DNA of 64,000 nucleotides from the human T2T-CHM13v2.0 reference genome, Homo sapiens. The stretch lies in assembly GCF_009914755.1 (NCBI RefSeq), contig NC_060945.1, one strand, 5' to 3'. A model generated the notes under the pieces. It saw nothing but the letters and a program-made list of their open reading frames with translations. It was not told the origin of the DNA and searched no databases. Shown here in pieces: positions 50,151-64,000 of the stretch (positions within the stretch are counted from its first letter, which is position 1; every line of letters begins with the position of its first letter). Position numbers and translations under genes: made by a program.

Positions 50151-53100
50151 AGTTGAGTGAAGTGGAATAAAATGGAGTGGATTTTAATTGAGTGGAATGG
50201 AATGGAGTGGAATGGAGAGAACTGGAGTGGATTGGAATGGAATGGAATGGAGTGGAGTGCAGTGGAATGGAACGGGGTGGAATGGAATAGAGTGGAAGGA
50301 GTGGATTGGAATGGAAAGGAATGTAATGGAGTTGAGCGGAATAAAGCGGAATATTGTGAATTGGATTGGAGTGGAATGGAGTGGAATGGAATGGAATTGA
50401 GTGGAATGAGGTTAAAAGGAGTGGAATATAATAGAATGGAACAGAATGTAAGGTAGTGGCATGGAGTGAAGTGGAGTGGATTGCAGTGCTGTAGAATGGA
50501 ATGCAATGGAAAGGAAAGGAATGGAATGGAATGGAATGGACTGAAATGAAATGGAATGCAATGGAATGGAGTGGAGTGGAATGAAGTGGAATGGAATGGA
50601 GTCGAGTGGAATGGAATGTCATGGAGTGGACTGGAATGGAATGGAATGGAATGCAAAGGAATAGAATACAGTAGAGTTGAATGGAACTGAAAGGAGATAA
50701 GTGAAATAGAGTGGAGTAGAGTCGAGTGGAGAGGAGTGGAGTGGAGAGGAGTGCAGTGGGGTGGAGTGGAATGGAGTGGATGGAGTGGAAAGGAATGGAA
50801 AGCAGTACAGTGGAATGGAATGGAGTGGAGTGGAATTGAGTACAGTGGAATGGAGTGGAGTGGAGAGGAATGCAGTGGATTGGATTGGAGGAGAGTGGAA
50901 TAGAATGGAATGTAGAGGAGTGGAATGGAAGGAAATGGAATTGAATGTGGTGGAGTGGAATGGGGTGGAATGGAGTGGAGTTGAGTGAATGGGATGTAAT
51001 GGAAAGGAATGGAATGGAATGGGATGGAATGGAAAGGAATGGAATGGAATGCAATGGAATGGAATGGAATGGAGTGGAATGGAATGGAGTGGAACAAAAT
51101 GGAGAGGAGAGGAAAGGAATAGAATTAAGTGTAGTAGAATGGAAAGAAATGGAATGGCATGGAGTGGACTGGAGTGGAGTGGAAGGTAATGGAGTGGAGT
51201 AGAGTGGAGTGAAGTGTAGAGAAGTGGAGCGGAATGGAATGGAATAGAGTGGAGTGGAGTGGAATAGAATGGAGTGGAGCAAAGTTGAATGGAGAGGAGT
51301 GAAGTGGAGTGGAGTGGAGTCAAGTGTAATGGAATGGATTTGAGTGAAGTTGATTAAATTGGAAAGGAGTGGAATGGAGTGGATAGGAATGGAGTGGAAT
51401 GGAGCGAAGTTTAGAGGACTGGAGTGGAGTGGATTGGAGTGGAATGGAATGGAATGGATTGGAGTGGAGTGGAGTGGCATGGAGTTGAGTAGAGTGGTGT
51501 GAAATGGTGTGGTTTCGATTGTGGTGGAATGGAATTTCATGGAGAGGAATGGAATGGATTTGAAGGCAAAGAAATGGAATGGAATGCAATGGAATGGAAT
51601 GGAGTGGTATAGAATGGAGTGCAATGGAATGGAGGGGAAAGGAGTGAAGTGGAGTGAAATGGAATGGAATGGAATGGAGTGGAATAGATTGGAATGGAAA
51701 GGAATGGATTGGGGTAGAATGGAGTGGAATGGAATGGAATGGAATGGAATGGAATGGAATGGAATGGAACGGAATGGAATGGAGCGGAGTGGAGAGGAAT
51801 GGAACTCGGTGGAATGGATTGGAATGCAGTGGATTGGAATGGAATGGAATGGAATGGAATTGAATGGAATCGAATAGAATAGAATAGAAAGGAATGGAAT
51901 GGAATAGATGGTAGTGGAGTGGAATGTAATGGAGTGGAGTGGACTGGAATGTAGTGGAGTGGAATAGAATGGAGTGGAGAGGAGTGCAGTGCAGTGGAAT
52001 GGAATGGAATAGAATGGAAAGGAATGGAATAGAATGGAATGGAATAGAATAGAATGAAATGGAGTGGAATCAAATGGAGTGGAAGGGAATTTAGAGGAGT
52101 GGAATGGAATGGAGTGGAGTGGAGTGGAATGGAATAAAATGGAATGGAACGGACTGGAGTGGAGTGGCGTGGAATGTAATGGAGTGGAGTAGAGTGGAGT
52201 GAAGTGTAAGGGAGTGGAGTGGAATGGAAAGGAACTGAGTGGAATGGAGTGGATTGGAATTGAATGGAGTGGAGTAGAGGGGAATGGAGTGGAGTGAAGT
52301 GGAGTGGAGTGGATTCGAGTCAAGTGGAAGAGAATTGAGATGAGGGAAGTTGAATAAAATAGAAAGGAGTGGAATGGAGAGGAATGGAAAGGAGTGGAAT
52401 GGAGAGGAATTTAGAGGACTGGAGTGGAGTGGATTAGAGTGGAATGGAATGGATTGGAATGTAGTGGAGTGGAGTGGCGCAGAATTGTATGGAGTGGAGT
52501 GGAATGGAGTCTTTGGGATTTTGGTGGAATGGAAGGTATTTTTAGTGGAATGGAGTGGAATGGAATGGAATGGAGTGGAATGGAATGGAATGGAATGGAA
52601 AGTAATGGAATGGAATGAAATGAAATGGAATGGAATGGAATTTAAAGGAAAGGAGTGGAATGGAATGGAGTAGAATGGAGTGAAGAGGAATGCAGTGGAG
52701 TGTAGTGGAAAGCAATCGAGTGGAAAAGAATGGAATGGAGTGGAATAGATTGGAATGGAATGGAATGGAGTGTGGTGGAATGGAGTGTAATGAAGCAGAA
52801 TGAATGGAATGGATTGGAATGGAATGGAATTGAAGGGAATGAAATGGAGTGGAATGGTGTGGAAGGGAATGGAATAGGGTGGAATGGATTAGAATGGGGT
52901 GGATTGTAGTGGAATGGAATTGAATGGAGTGGAGTGGAATGGAATGAAATAGAATGGAATTGAATGGAATGGAATGGAAAGGAATGGAATGTAAAAGAAT
53001 GGAATGGAAAGGAATGTAATGGAATGTAGTGGAGTGGATTGGAATGGAGTGTCGTGGAATGGAATGGAGTGGTGTGGAATTGAATGGAGTGGAGTGGAGT

Positions 53101-56100
53101 GGAATGGAATGGAATGGTGTGGATAGCAGTGGCGTGGAGTGGAGTGGAATGGAATGGAATGGAATGGAATGGAACGGAGTAGAATGGAATGGTGTGGAAG
53201 TCAATGGAGTCCAATGCAATGGGGTGGAATGTAGTTGAATGAAATGCTGTGGAGTGGAATGTAATGAAATGGTATGCAATGGAACGGGGTGGAATGGAGT
53301 GGAATGGTTTGGAATGAAATGAAACGGAGATGAGTGGAGTGGAGTGCATTGGAATGGAGTGGAATGCATTGTAATGTTATGGAATGGAATGGAGTGAAGT
53401 GGAAAGGAGTGGAGTGGAGAGGAATGGAATGGAATGAAATGAAATGGAGTGGAGTGGAGTGGAATGGAATGGAGTGGTATGTAGTGGTGTGGAGAGGAAA
53501 TTAATGGAATGGAGTGGATTGGAATGGAATGGAAAGTGGAGTAGAGTTGAATGCGATGGAATGGAATGGAATGGAATTCAGTTAAAAGGAATGGAGTGGA
53601 TTGGAATTCAGTGGAATAGAATGGAAAGGAGTGGTGTGGAATGGAATGGAATGGAGTGGAGTGGATTTGAATGAAATTGAATGGAATGGAATGCAGGGGA
53701 GTGGAGTGGAGTGGAATGGAATGGAGTTGAGTGGAGTGGAGAGGAGTGGAGTGAAGTGGATCGGAGTAGAGTGTAATGGAATAGAACGGATTTCAGTGGA
53801 GTGGAGTGGAATGGAATGGAGTGGAGTTGAGTGGAATGGATTGGAGTGGAGTGGAGGCGAGTGGAGTGGAATTGATTGGAGTGAAGTAGAATAAAAAGGA
53901 ATGGTGTGGATGGAGTGTATTTGAATGGATTGGAACGGAATGGAGTTTAGAGGCGTGGAGTGGAATGGAGTGGATTAGAAAGGAATGGAGTGGAGTGGAA
54001 TGCATTGTAGTGGCGTGGAGTCAAGTGGAGTGGAGTGGAATGGAGTGGTTCTTATGGTGGTGGAATAGAATGGAATGGAGTGGAATGGAATGGAATGGTG
54101 TAGAATAGAAAGGAATGGAAGTGAAAGTAAGGGAGTGGAATAGAATGGATTGGAATGCAGTGGATTGCAATGGAATGGAATGGAGTGGAATGGAATGGAA
54201 TGGAATTCAATGGAATTGAGTGGAGAGGAGTTTAATGGAATAAAATGGAGTGGTACAGAATTGAATGGAATGGAGTAGAGTGGAGTGGAGTGAAATGCAA
54301 TGGAGGGGAGTGAAGGGGAATGAAATAGAATGCAATGGAATGGAATTGTATGGAATGGAGTGGAGGTGAAAGGGATCGAGAGGAGTGAAATTGAATGGAA
54401 AGGAATGTTATGGAATTGAAAGCAACGGAATGGAAGGGAGTGGATTGCAATGGAATGGAATGGAATGGAGTGGAATGGAGTGGAGTGGAGAGCAGTGGAA
54501 TGGAACGGTGTCGAGTGGAGTGGGGTGGAACAGAGTGGAATGGAATGGAGTGGAGTGGAATGGAGTCGAGTGGATTCGAATCGAGTGGAATAGAATGGAA
54601 ACGAATAGAATGGAAAGGGATGCAGAAGAGAGGAATGCAGTGGAATGGGTTGGAGTGGAATGCACTGCAGTGGAGTGGATTGGAAAGGAATGGAGTGGAA
54701 TAGAATGTAGTAGAATGGAGTGGAGTGAAGTGGAAAGGAATGGAGTGAAATGGATAGGAGTGGAAAGGAGTGGAACGGTTTGGAGTAGAATGTAGTGGAA
54801 TCAAGTGGAGTGGAAAGGAATGGAACGGAATGCATTAGAATGGAATGGAATGGAGTGGAATTGAGTGGAGAGGAATGGAATGGAATAGAATGAAATGGAA
54901 TGGAACAGAGTGGAATGGAATGTAATGGAATGTAGTGGAGTAGAGTGGAATATAATGGAAAGTACGGAAGTGGAATGGAATGGAGTGGAATGGAATGGAA
55001 TCGAATGCAATTTATTGGAATAGAGTGGAATGGAATGGAATGGATTGGAATGGAATGGAGTGGAGAGGTATGGACTGGAAGGGAGAGGATTGGAGTGGAG
55101 AAAAGTGCAGTGGAATCGTGTGGAATGGAGTGAAATATAACGGAATCTATAGGAGTGGAATGGAATGGAGTGGAGTGGAATGGAATGGAGTGGAGTGGAA
55201 TGTAATGGACAGGAATGATATGGAGAGAAATGGAGTTGAGTGGAATGGAAAGTAATGGAGTGAAATAGCATGGAATGGAATCGAGTGGAGTTGAATGGAA
55301 TGGAATGGAGTGGAATTGAGAGGAGTGGAGTGGAGTGGAATGGATTGCACTGGAATGGAAGGGAATTCTCTTGAATGGAATAAAATGGAATGGAATGGAG
55401 TGGAATGGAATGGATAGGAATGAAGTGCAGTTGTGAGGAATGGAATGGAATGGAGTGCAACGGATTGGAGTGGAATGAGGTGGAATGAAATTAATTAGAG
55501 TGGAATGGATTGGAATGGAATGGAATGGACTGCAATCGAGTGGCGTGGGTGGAATGCAATGAAATGGAATGGAGCGGAGTGGAGTGGAGTGGAACGGAAT
55601 GGAATGCAGTGGATTAGAGTGGCATGGTTGGAATTGAATGAAATGGAATGGAATGGAGTGCAGTGGAATGCAATGGTGTAGAGTGGTGTGGAGGGGAGTG
55701 GAGTGGAGTGAAATGTTGTGGAGTGGAGTGGAATGGAGAAAAACGGAATGGAATGGAGTGGAATCGAATGGAGAGGAATGGAATGGAGTGGAATGGAGTG
55801 GAATGGAATGGAATGGAATGGACTGGAATAGTATGGAATGGAATGCTATTGATCGAATGGAATGGAGTGTATTTGAATGGAAGACAATGGAATGGAATGG
55901 ACTGGCGGTTGGTGGAGTGGTGTAGACTGGAGTTGAATGGAATGGAATGGAATGGAGTAGAATGGAATGGAATGCAATGGAATAAAGGGGAATGGAATGG
56001 AATGGAAAGGAGTGGAGGGGAATGGAATCAAAAGGAATGAAAAGGAATTTTGGGGAGTGGAATGGAAATGAAAGGAATAAAATGCAATGGAGTGGATTGG

Positions 56101-58309
56101 AGTCGAGTGAAGTGGAATGGAATGGAGTGTAATGGAGTGGTATAGAATGGAATGGAATGGAGTGGATTGGAGAGAAAGGAGTGGAGTGGAGTGGAAGGGA
56201 GTGGAGTGGAAGGGATTGGAATGGAATGCAATGCAGTGGAATAGAATGGAATCAATAGGAGTGGAATGGAATGCAGGCGAGTGGAATGGAATGGGCTGGA
56301 ATGGAACGTAGAGAAATGGATTGGGGTGGAAGGGAATGAAATGGAGTGGAATGGAGTGCAGTGGAATGGTGTGAAGTGGAATGGAATTAAACGGAATGGA
56401 ATGGAGCGGAGTGCACTGAAGAGGAATGGAGTGGAGTGCAATGGAATGGAATGGACTGAAATGGAATTGTTTGGAATGGAAAGGAATGTGGTGGAATGTA
56501 ACGGAATGGAGAGGAATGGATTGGAGTGGAATGGAATGGAGTGGAAAGGAATGGAAAGTAATGGAGTTTACTGGAATGCAATGGAATGAAATGGAATGGA
56601 ATGGAATGGAATGCAATTGAATGGAGTGGAATGCAATGGAATGGAATCGAGTGGATTGGATTGGAATGGAATGGAATAGAATGGAACAGATTGGAACGGA
56701 ATGGAGTGGAACGGAATGGATTGTAATGGAATGGAATGGAATAGAATCGAATCGAATGGAATGGAAGGGAAGGAAAAGGAATAGAATGGAATGGATTAGA
56801 ATGGAAGGGAGTGGAGTGGAATGGAATGGAATCGAGTGTAGTGGAATGGAATGGAGTGGAATGGATTGGAATGGAATGGAATGGAATGGAATAGAATGGA
56901 ATGGAATGGAGGGGATTGTAGTGGAGGGCTGTGGATAGGAATCGAGGGGAGTGGAATGGATTGGAATGGAAGGGAATGGAATGGAATCGAATGGAGTGGA
57001 GGGGATTGGACTGGAGGGCTGTGGATTGGAATGGAGTGGAATCGAATGGAATGGAATGGAGTGGAGTGGAATGAGGTAGAGTGAAATGAAATGGAAGGGA
57101 ATGGAGTGGAGTGGGGTGGAATGGAATTGAGTGTAATGGTGGGGAGAGGATTGGACAGGAGTAGAGTGCAGTGGAATGGAGAGTAGCGGAGTGGAGTGGA
57201 ATGGAATTAAATGGAATGGAATGGAGTCGAATGGAATGTAGTGGAATGGAGAGGAGTGCAATTGAATGGATTGGAATGGAATGGGGTGGAATGAAATGGA
57301 GTGGAATGGAATGGAGTGTATAGGACAGGAATGCAATAAAGTGGAATGGATTGGAGAGGAGTGGAACCGAATAGAATGGAGTGGAAATGAATGAAATGGA
57401 AAGGAATGGAGTGGATTGGAATGGAGTGACGTGGAATGGATTGCAATGGACTGGATTGGAATGGACTGGAGTGGAATGGAGTAGATTGAAATGAAATGTA
57501 ATGGAATGGAATGCAATGGAATGGAATAGAAAGGAGTGGAATGGAGTGTAATGGAAAGGAACGGATCAGAATTGAATGGAATGGAATGGAGTGGAATGTA
57601 GTGGAGTGGAATGGAATGGAGTGGAGTGAAGTGGATTGGAACAGAATGGAATGGCATGGAATGGAATGGAGTGGATTTCAATGGAATGTAATAGAATGGA
57701 GAGGAATGTAGTGGAGTGGAGTGCTGTGGAATGGAATGGTGTGGAGTGGAGTGGAGGGGAATGGTGTGGAAAGAATGGAGTGGAGTGGAGCGGAATGGAG
57801 TGCAGTGGAGGGGAATACAAAGGAATAGAATGGAAAAGAATTGAATGGAGTGGAATGCAGAAGAGAGGAGTGGAGTGTAATGGATTGGAGTGGAATGTAA
57901 TGCAGTGGAGTGGATTGGACTGGAATTTAGTGGAATGGAATGGAAACGAGTACAATGGAATGGAATGGAATGGAATGGAGTGGGGTGGAGTGGAATGGAA
58001 TGGAGTGGAAAGCAGTTGAGTGCAGTGGATAGGAATGGAATTTAGTGGAATGGAATGGAGTGGCATTGAATGAAATGGAATGGAATGGAATGGATTGTGG
58101 TGGAGTGGATTGGAATTGAGTGGAGTGGTATAGAATGCAATGGAATGGAGTGGAGGGCAACGGAGTGGAGTGGGGTCGAGGGGAATAGAATGGAATGGAG
58201 AGAAATTGAAAGGATTTCACTTGAATTGAGTGGATTAAAGAGGATTGGTATGGAACGGAGAGGATTGGAAAGGAGTGGAATGGATTGGAGTGCAGTGGAG
58301 TAGATTGGA

Positions 58310-58572
58310 ATGGAGTGGAGCGTAATGGAATGGAATGGAATGGAGTGGAACGGAGTAGAGTGAAATGGAATGGAGTGGAACGGAGTGGAGTGAAATGGAA
58401 TGGAGTGGAACGGAATGGAGTGGAATTGATTGGAGTGTAGTGGAGTGGAATGGAAAGGAATGAAACGGAGTGGAGCGTAATGGAATGGAGTGGAACGGAA
58501 TGGAGTGGAATTGATTGGAGTGTAGTGGAGTGGAATGGAAAGGAATGAAATGGAGTGGAGCGTAATGGAATA
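58310..58572 (+). repeat. Nested 30-bp and 85-bp tandem duplications
   Basis: TGGAGTGGAACGGA at 58341, 58371 and 58401; TGGAATTGATTGGAGTGTAGTGGAGTGGAATGGAAAGGAATGAAA at 58421 and 58506. Confidence 0.85.
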
Positions 58573-61500
58573 GAAAGGTTTGGAGTGGAGTGGAATGGAA
58601 TGGAGTGGAATGCAATGGAGTGGGGTGGAGGGGAATGGAATTGAGTGGAGTGGAATAGAAGGGAATGGAATAGAATATCGTGGAGTGAAGTGGAGTGAGG
58701 TCGACTGGATGGTAATTGAAAGGAATGGAATGCAATGGAATGGAACGTAGTGGAATGGAAAACAGAGGAATGCAAAGGAATGGAGTGGAATGGAATGGAC
58801 TAGAGTGGAGTGAAGTTGAATGGAATGTACTCGAATGGCATGGAAAGAAATGGAATACAATGGAGTGGAGTGGAATGGATTGGAGGAGAGAAATGGAATG
58901 AAATGCAATGGAGTGGAGGGGAGTGAAGTGGAATGGAAACGAGAGGAATGTAGTGGAGTGAAGTGGATTGGAATGGAATATAGTGGAGCTGAATGGAATG
59001 GAGTGGAATGAAATGGAACGAAATGTAATTGAATGGAAAGGAGTGAAGTGGAGTGGAATGGAATTGAGTACACTGATATGGAATGGAATGGAATGGAATG
59101 GAATGGAATGGAGTGGAGTGGAGTGGAGTGGAGTGGGGTCGACTGGAATGGAATTGAATGGAATGGAATGGAATTGAATGGAATGGAATGGAATTGAATG
59201 GAATGGAATGGAATAGATTGGAATGGAAATGAATAGAATGCGATGGAGGGGAGTGCAATGAAATGGAACGAAAGCATTGGAATCGAATGGAGTGGAATAT
59301 AATAGCATGGAATAGATGGGAATGGAATGGAGTGGAATGGAGTGGAGTGGAATGGAATAGAGCGGAATGGATTGGAGGTGAGTGGAATGCAATGGAGTGG
59401 GATGGAGTGGAGTGGAATGGAATCGAATGGATTCCTGTGGAAAGGAATGAATTGGAATGCATTGGAGAGGAATGGAGAGGAATGGAGTGTAGTGCAAAGG
59501 AATGAAGAGGAATGGAATGGAGTGGAATAGAGTTGAGTGGAGTGGAATAGATTGGAGTGTAATGGAGTTTAGTGGTGTGGAATGGAATGCCGTGGAATGG
59601 AGTTGAATGGAGTGGAATGGAATGGAATGGAATGGAATGGAACGGATTTGAATGGAATGGAGTGGAATGGAATTGAGTGGAATTGAGTGGAGTGGAGAAA
59701 ACTGCAGTGGAGAGGGGTCGAGTGGATGGGAATGGAATGGAATGGAATTGAGTGTAAAGGAATGGAGTGGAGAGGAATGGAATGGAATGGAGTGGTGTGG
59801 AATGGAGTGGAAAGGAATGGAATGGAATGCAATGTAGAGGAGTGGTGTGGTGTGGAATGGAATGGAGTGGACTGGGATGGAATGAAATGGAATTGAATTT
59901 AATGGAATGGAATGTAATGGAGAGGATGGGAGTTTAGTGGAATGGAATAGATTGGAATGGAGTGGAGTAGAATGTAACGGAATGGAATTGAGTGGAGTGG
60001 AATAGAATGGAATGGATTGGAATTTAATGGACTGGACAAGAGTGGAATGGAGTTGAGTAGAGTGAAGTGGAATTGAATGGAATGGAATGGAGCGGAATGC
60101 TGTGGAGTGGACTTGAGTGGAATGGAATACAGTGGAGTGAAGTTGAATGGAAAGGAATGGAATGGAATGGAATGGAGTGGAGTGGAATAGAATGGAGGAG
60201 AATGGAATGGAATGGAATGGTGTGGAGTGTAATTGAATGGAATGGAATGCAGTGGAATTGAAAGGAAAGGAATGGAATGCAATGAAATGGAGTGGAGTGG
60301 AGTGGAGTGGAATGGAATGGAGAGCAGTGAAGTGGAATTTAATAGATGTAATGGAATGGAGTGGAATGGAATGGAGTGGTGTGAAATGAAAAGGAATGGA
60401 ATGGAATGGAATGGATTGGAAAAGAATGGAATGGAGGGGAATGGAATGGAATGGAAGGGACTGGAATGGCTTCGAGTGGAGTGTAGTGGAATGGAGTGGA
60501 ATAGAATGGAAAGGAGTGGAATGGAATCGAATGAGTGGAACGGAATGGAATGCAATGGAATGGAATGGAATGGAATGTAGTGGAGCAGAGTGGAATGGAA
60601 TGGAATGGAATATAGAGTAGTGGAATGGAATGGAATGGAATGCAATGGAATGGAATGGAGTGGAATAGAATGGAATGGAATGCAATGGAATGGAATGGAG
60701 TGGAGAGGTATGGAGTGGAGGGGAGTGGATTGGAGTGGAGAGGAATGGAGTGGAATCTTGTTCAATGGAGTGGAATATAATGGAATCAAGTGGAGTGGAA
60801 TGGATTGGAGTGGAGTGGAATGGAGTGGAGTGGAGAGGAATGGAATGGAGTGGAATGCAGTGGAGTGGAGTGGAATGGAGGGCAGTGGAATGGAATGGAT
60901 AGGAGTGGAGTGGAGAGGACTGGACTTGTGTGGAATGGAATGGAATGGAATGGAGTGGGATTGAGAGGAGTGGAGTGGAGTAGAATGGATTGCACTGGAA
61001 TGGAATGGAATGGAATTCAGTTGAATGGAATAGATTGGAATGGAACGGAGTTCAATGGAATGGAGAGTAATGAAGTGGAGTGGAGAGGAGTGGAATGGAA
61101 TGGAGTGGAATGGAGTGGAGTGGAATGGAATAAAGTGGAATGGAGTGGATTGGAACGGAATGGAATGGAATGGATTCAAGTGGTGTGGGTGGAATGGAAT
61201 GAAATGGAATGGAGTGGACAGAAGTGGAGTGGAATGCATTGGAATGGAGTGGCTTCGAATGGTGTCGGTGGAATGGAAGGAAATGAAATGGAGTGAAGTG
61301 GAATGGAGTGGAATGCAATTGTTTGGAGTGGTGTGGAGATAAGTAGAGTGGAGTGAAATGTTGTGGAGTGGAGTGGAATGGAGTAAAATGGAATGGAATG
61401 AAGTGGAGTGGAATGGAATGGAGTGGAATGTAACGGAGTGGATTGGAGAGGAATGGATTGGAGTGGAATCGACTGGAGTGGAATGGAAAGGATTGGAGTG

Positions 61501-64000
61501 GACAGGAATGGAATGAAGTGGATTGGAGTGGAGTGGAACAGAATGGAACGGAGTGCAGTGGAGTAGAATGGAATGGAGTGGAACGGAATGGAGTGGAAGA
61601 GAATGGAGTGGGGCAGAGTGGAGTGGACTCGAATGGAATGGAATGGAGTGGAATGGATTGGAACGAAATGGGAAGGAATGGATTGGAGTGGAATAGAATG
61701 GAGTGGGATGGAATGAAGTGGAATGGAATGGAGAGGAGTGGAGAGGAATAGAATGGAGTGAAATACAGTAGAGTGGAATGGAATGGAATGTAGTGGAGAG
61801 GAATGGAATTGAATGGAATGGAATTCAGAGGAATGAAGTGGAGTGGAGTGGAATGGAATGGAATGGAGTAGAATGGAATGGAATGAAATGGAATGGATTG
61901 GAGTGCAGGGGAGCAGAATGCAATGGAAAGGAGTGAAATGGAATGGAATGGAATCTAATGGAAAGGAATGGAATGGAAAGGACTGGAGTTGAAAGGAATT
62001 GAGAGGAATGAAATGGACTAGAATGTCATGGAATGGAATGGAATGTAGTGGATTTCAATGGAATGTAATAGAATAGAGTGGAATGTAGTTGTGTGGAGTG
62101 CAGTGGAATGGAAAGTTGTGGATTGGGGTGGAGGGGAATGGTGTGGAAAGAATGGAGTGCAGTGGAGTGGAATGGAGGGTAGTGGAGTGGAATGGAAAGG
62201 AATAGAATCGAAACGAATTGAATGGAATGGAATGCAGAAGACAGGAGTGGAGTGGAATTGATTGGAGTGGAATGTAGCGGAGTGGAGTGGATTGGAATGG
62301 AATGCAAAGGAATGGAATGGAAACGAGTACAATGGAATGGAAAGGAACGGAATGAAGTGGGGTGGAGTGGAATGGAATGGAGTGGAATGCAGTTGAGTAA
62401 AGTGGATTGGAATGGAATGTAGTGGAATGGAATGGAATGGAGTAGCATAGAATGAAATGGAATGGAGTGGGGTGGAGTGGAGTGGAATTGACTGGAGTGG
62501 TATAGAATGCAATGGAATGGAGAGGAGGGCAGTGGAGTGGAGTGGGGTCAAGTGGAATAGAATGGAATGGAGACGAATTGAATGGATTGACTTGAATGGA
62601 GTGGAATAAAGTCCAGTGGAATGGAAAGGAGAGGAATGGGAAGGAGTGGAATGGATTGGAGAGGAGTGGAGTACATTGGAATGGAGTGGAATGGAGTGAA
62701 GTGCAATGGAATGGAATGGAATGAGTGGAGTGGAATGGAATGGAGTGGAACGGAGTGGAGGGGAATGGAATGGAGTGGAAAGGAATGGAGTGGAATGGAT
62801 TGGAGTGGAGTGGAGTCGAATGGAATGGAGTGAAATGGAGTGGAGCGTAATTGAATGGAAAGGTGTGGAGTTGAGTGGAATGGAAAGGACTGGAATGCAA
62901 TGGAGTGGAATGGATTGAAGTGGAATGGAATGGAGTGGAGTGGAGAGGAATGGAATGGAGTGGAATGCAGTGGAGTGGAGTGGAATGGAGTGGAGTGGAA
63001 TGGAATGGAGTGATATGGAATGGAGTGGAATGGAATGGCATCGAATGGAATGAAATAGAAGGGAATGGAATGGAATGGAACGGAATGGAGTGGAGCGGAA
63101 TGGAATGGAATGGAATGCAATGGAATGGAGTGGAGTGGAATGGAATGGAATGCAAAGGAATGGACTGGAACGGAGTGGAGTGGAGCGGAATGTAATGGAG
63201 ACGATTGGGGTAGAAAGGAACGGAATGGAATGGAGTGGAGTGGAATGGAGTTGAGTGGATTGCAATGGAAAGGAATGGAATGGAGTGATATGGAATGGTG
63301 AGGAAGGGAGTGGATTGGAAAGGAATGGAGAGCAACGAATTGGAGTGGAGTGGATTGGAATGGAATGTAGAGGAACTGAACGGAAAGGAGTGGATTGAAA
63401 TGGAATGGAATGGAACAGAATGGAAAGGAACATAAAGAAATGGAATGGAATGCAATGGAGTGGGGTGGAGGTTAATGGAATAGAGTGGAGAGGAATAGAA
63501 TGGAATGGAAAAGAATGTCACAGAGTAGAGTGGAGTGAGGACGACTGGATGGTAATTGAAAGGAATGGAATGGAACGGAGTTGAATGGAATGGAGAGGAA
63601 TGCAATGGAATGGAGTGGAATGGAATGGAGTGGAGTGGAGTGGAGTTGAATAGAATGTACTGGAATGGCATGGAATGGAATGGAATGGAATGGAGTGGAG
63701 TGGAATGGAGTGGAGGGGAGACAAACGGAATGGAATGGAATGGAGGGGAGGGGAGTGAAGTGGAATGTAAACCAGTGGGATGTAGTGGAGTGAAGTGGAT
63801 TGGAATGGAATATAGTGGAATTGAATGGAATGGAGTGGAATGCAATTTACCGAAATGGAAAGGAACGGAATGGAGTAAAGTTGAGTGGAATGGAATTGAG
63901 TGGAGTGGTATGGAATGGAATGGAATGGAATGGAATGGAGTGTAGTGGAGTGAAGTGGGTTCGACTGGAATGGAATTGAACGGAATGGAATGGAATTTAA

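Larger units (their letters stand above)
1..64000 (+). repeat. Human satellite III-type (GGAAT)n / (CATTC)n classical satellite array, diverged
   Basis: Continuous 5-bp periodicity of GGAAT and variants (GGAGT, GGACT, CGAAT, GCAAT, GTAAT, GGATT) over the whole window, in the same orientation. Embedded Alu fragments indicate a primate genome. Confidence 0.97.
22951..64000 (+). repeat. Long GGAGT-rich diverged satellite domain with relic higher-order duplications
   Basis: Mixed GGAAT/GGAGT pentamers, few TCGAA motifs, and recurring rare marker words at kb-scale offsets. Confidence 0.88.

Noticed and set aside
1-64000. HSat2, alpha satellite/CENP-B boxes, telomeric repeats
   Set aside because: I saw no dominant HSat2-type (CATTCGATGATG/ATCATCGAATG) unit, no 171-bp monomer and no TTAGGG arrays.

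Overview
The whole 64 kb window is primate (human-type) pericentromeric/acrocentric classical satellite of the HSat3 / (GGAAT)n-(CATTC)n class. The purine-rich strand is on + throughout and I saw no inversion. I found no credible protein-coding gene, RNA gene, CRISPR array or full-length transposon; the ORF track is a translation artefact of the pentamer (MEWNG / IPFHS). The array is a mosaic of sequence dialects. (1) 1-~3575: GGAAT/GGAGT satellite carrying ten ~64-bp Alu 3'-end fragments arranged in a ~1.55 kb higher-order repeat. (2) ~3575-19055: CpG-rich GGAATCGAAT/GGACTCGAAT satellite with three perfect heat-shock elements and a small GGAGT island at ~8525-8900. (3) ~19055-22225: GGAGT-rich. 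(4) ~22225-22950: a short return to the TCGAA dialect. (5) ~22950-64000: a long, diverged GGAGT-rich domain with recent short tandem duplications (30-120 bp) and older kb-scale higher-order duplications. The most notable structures are the Alu-fragment composite repeat, the perfect HSEs seen only in one dialect, and the nested duplication history. I see no evidence of a new protein-based system. Boundaries and offsets were read by eye and are approximate, and the chromosome cannot be assigned from the sequence alone.
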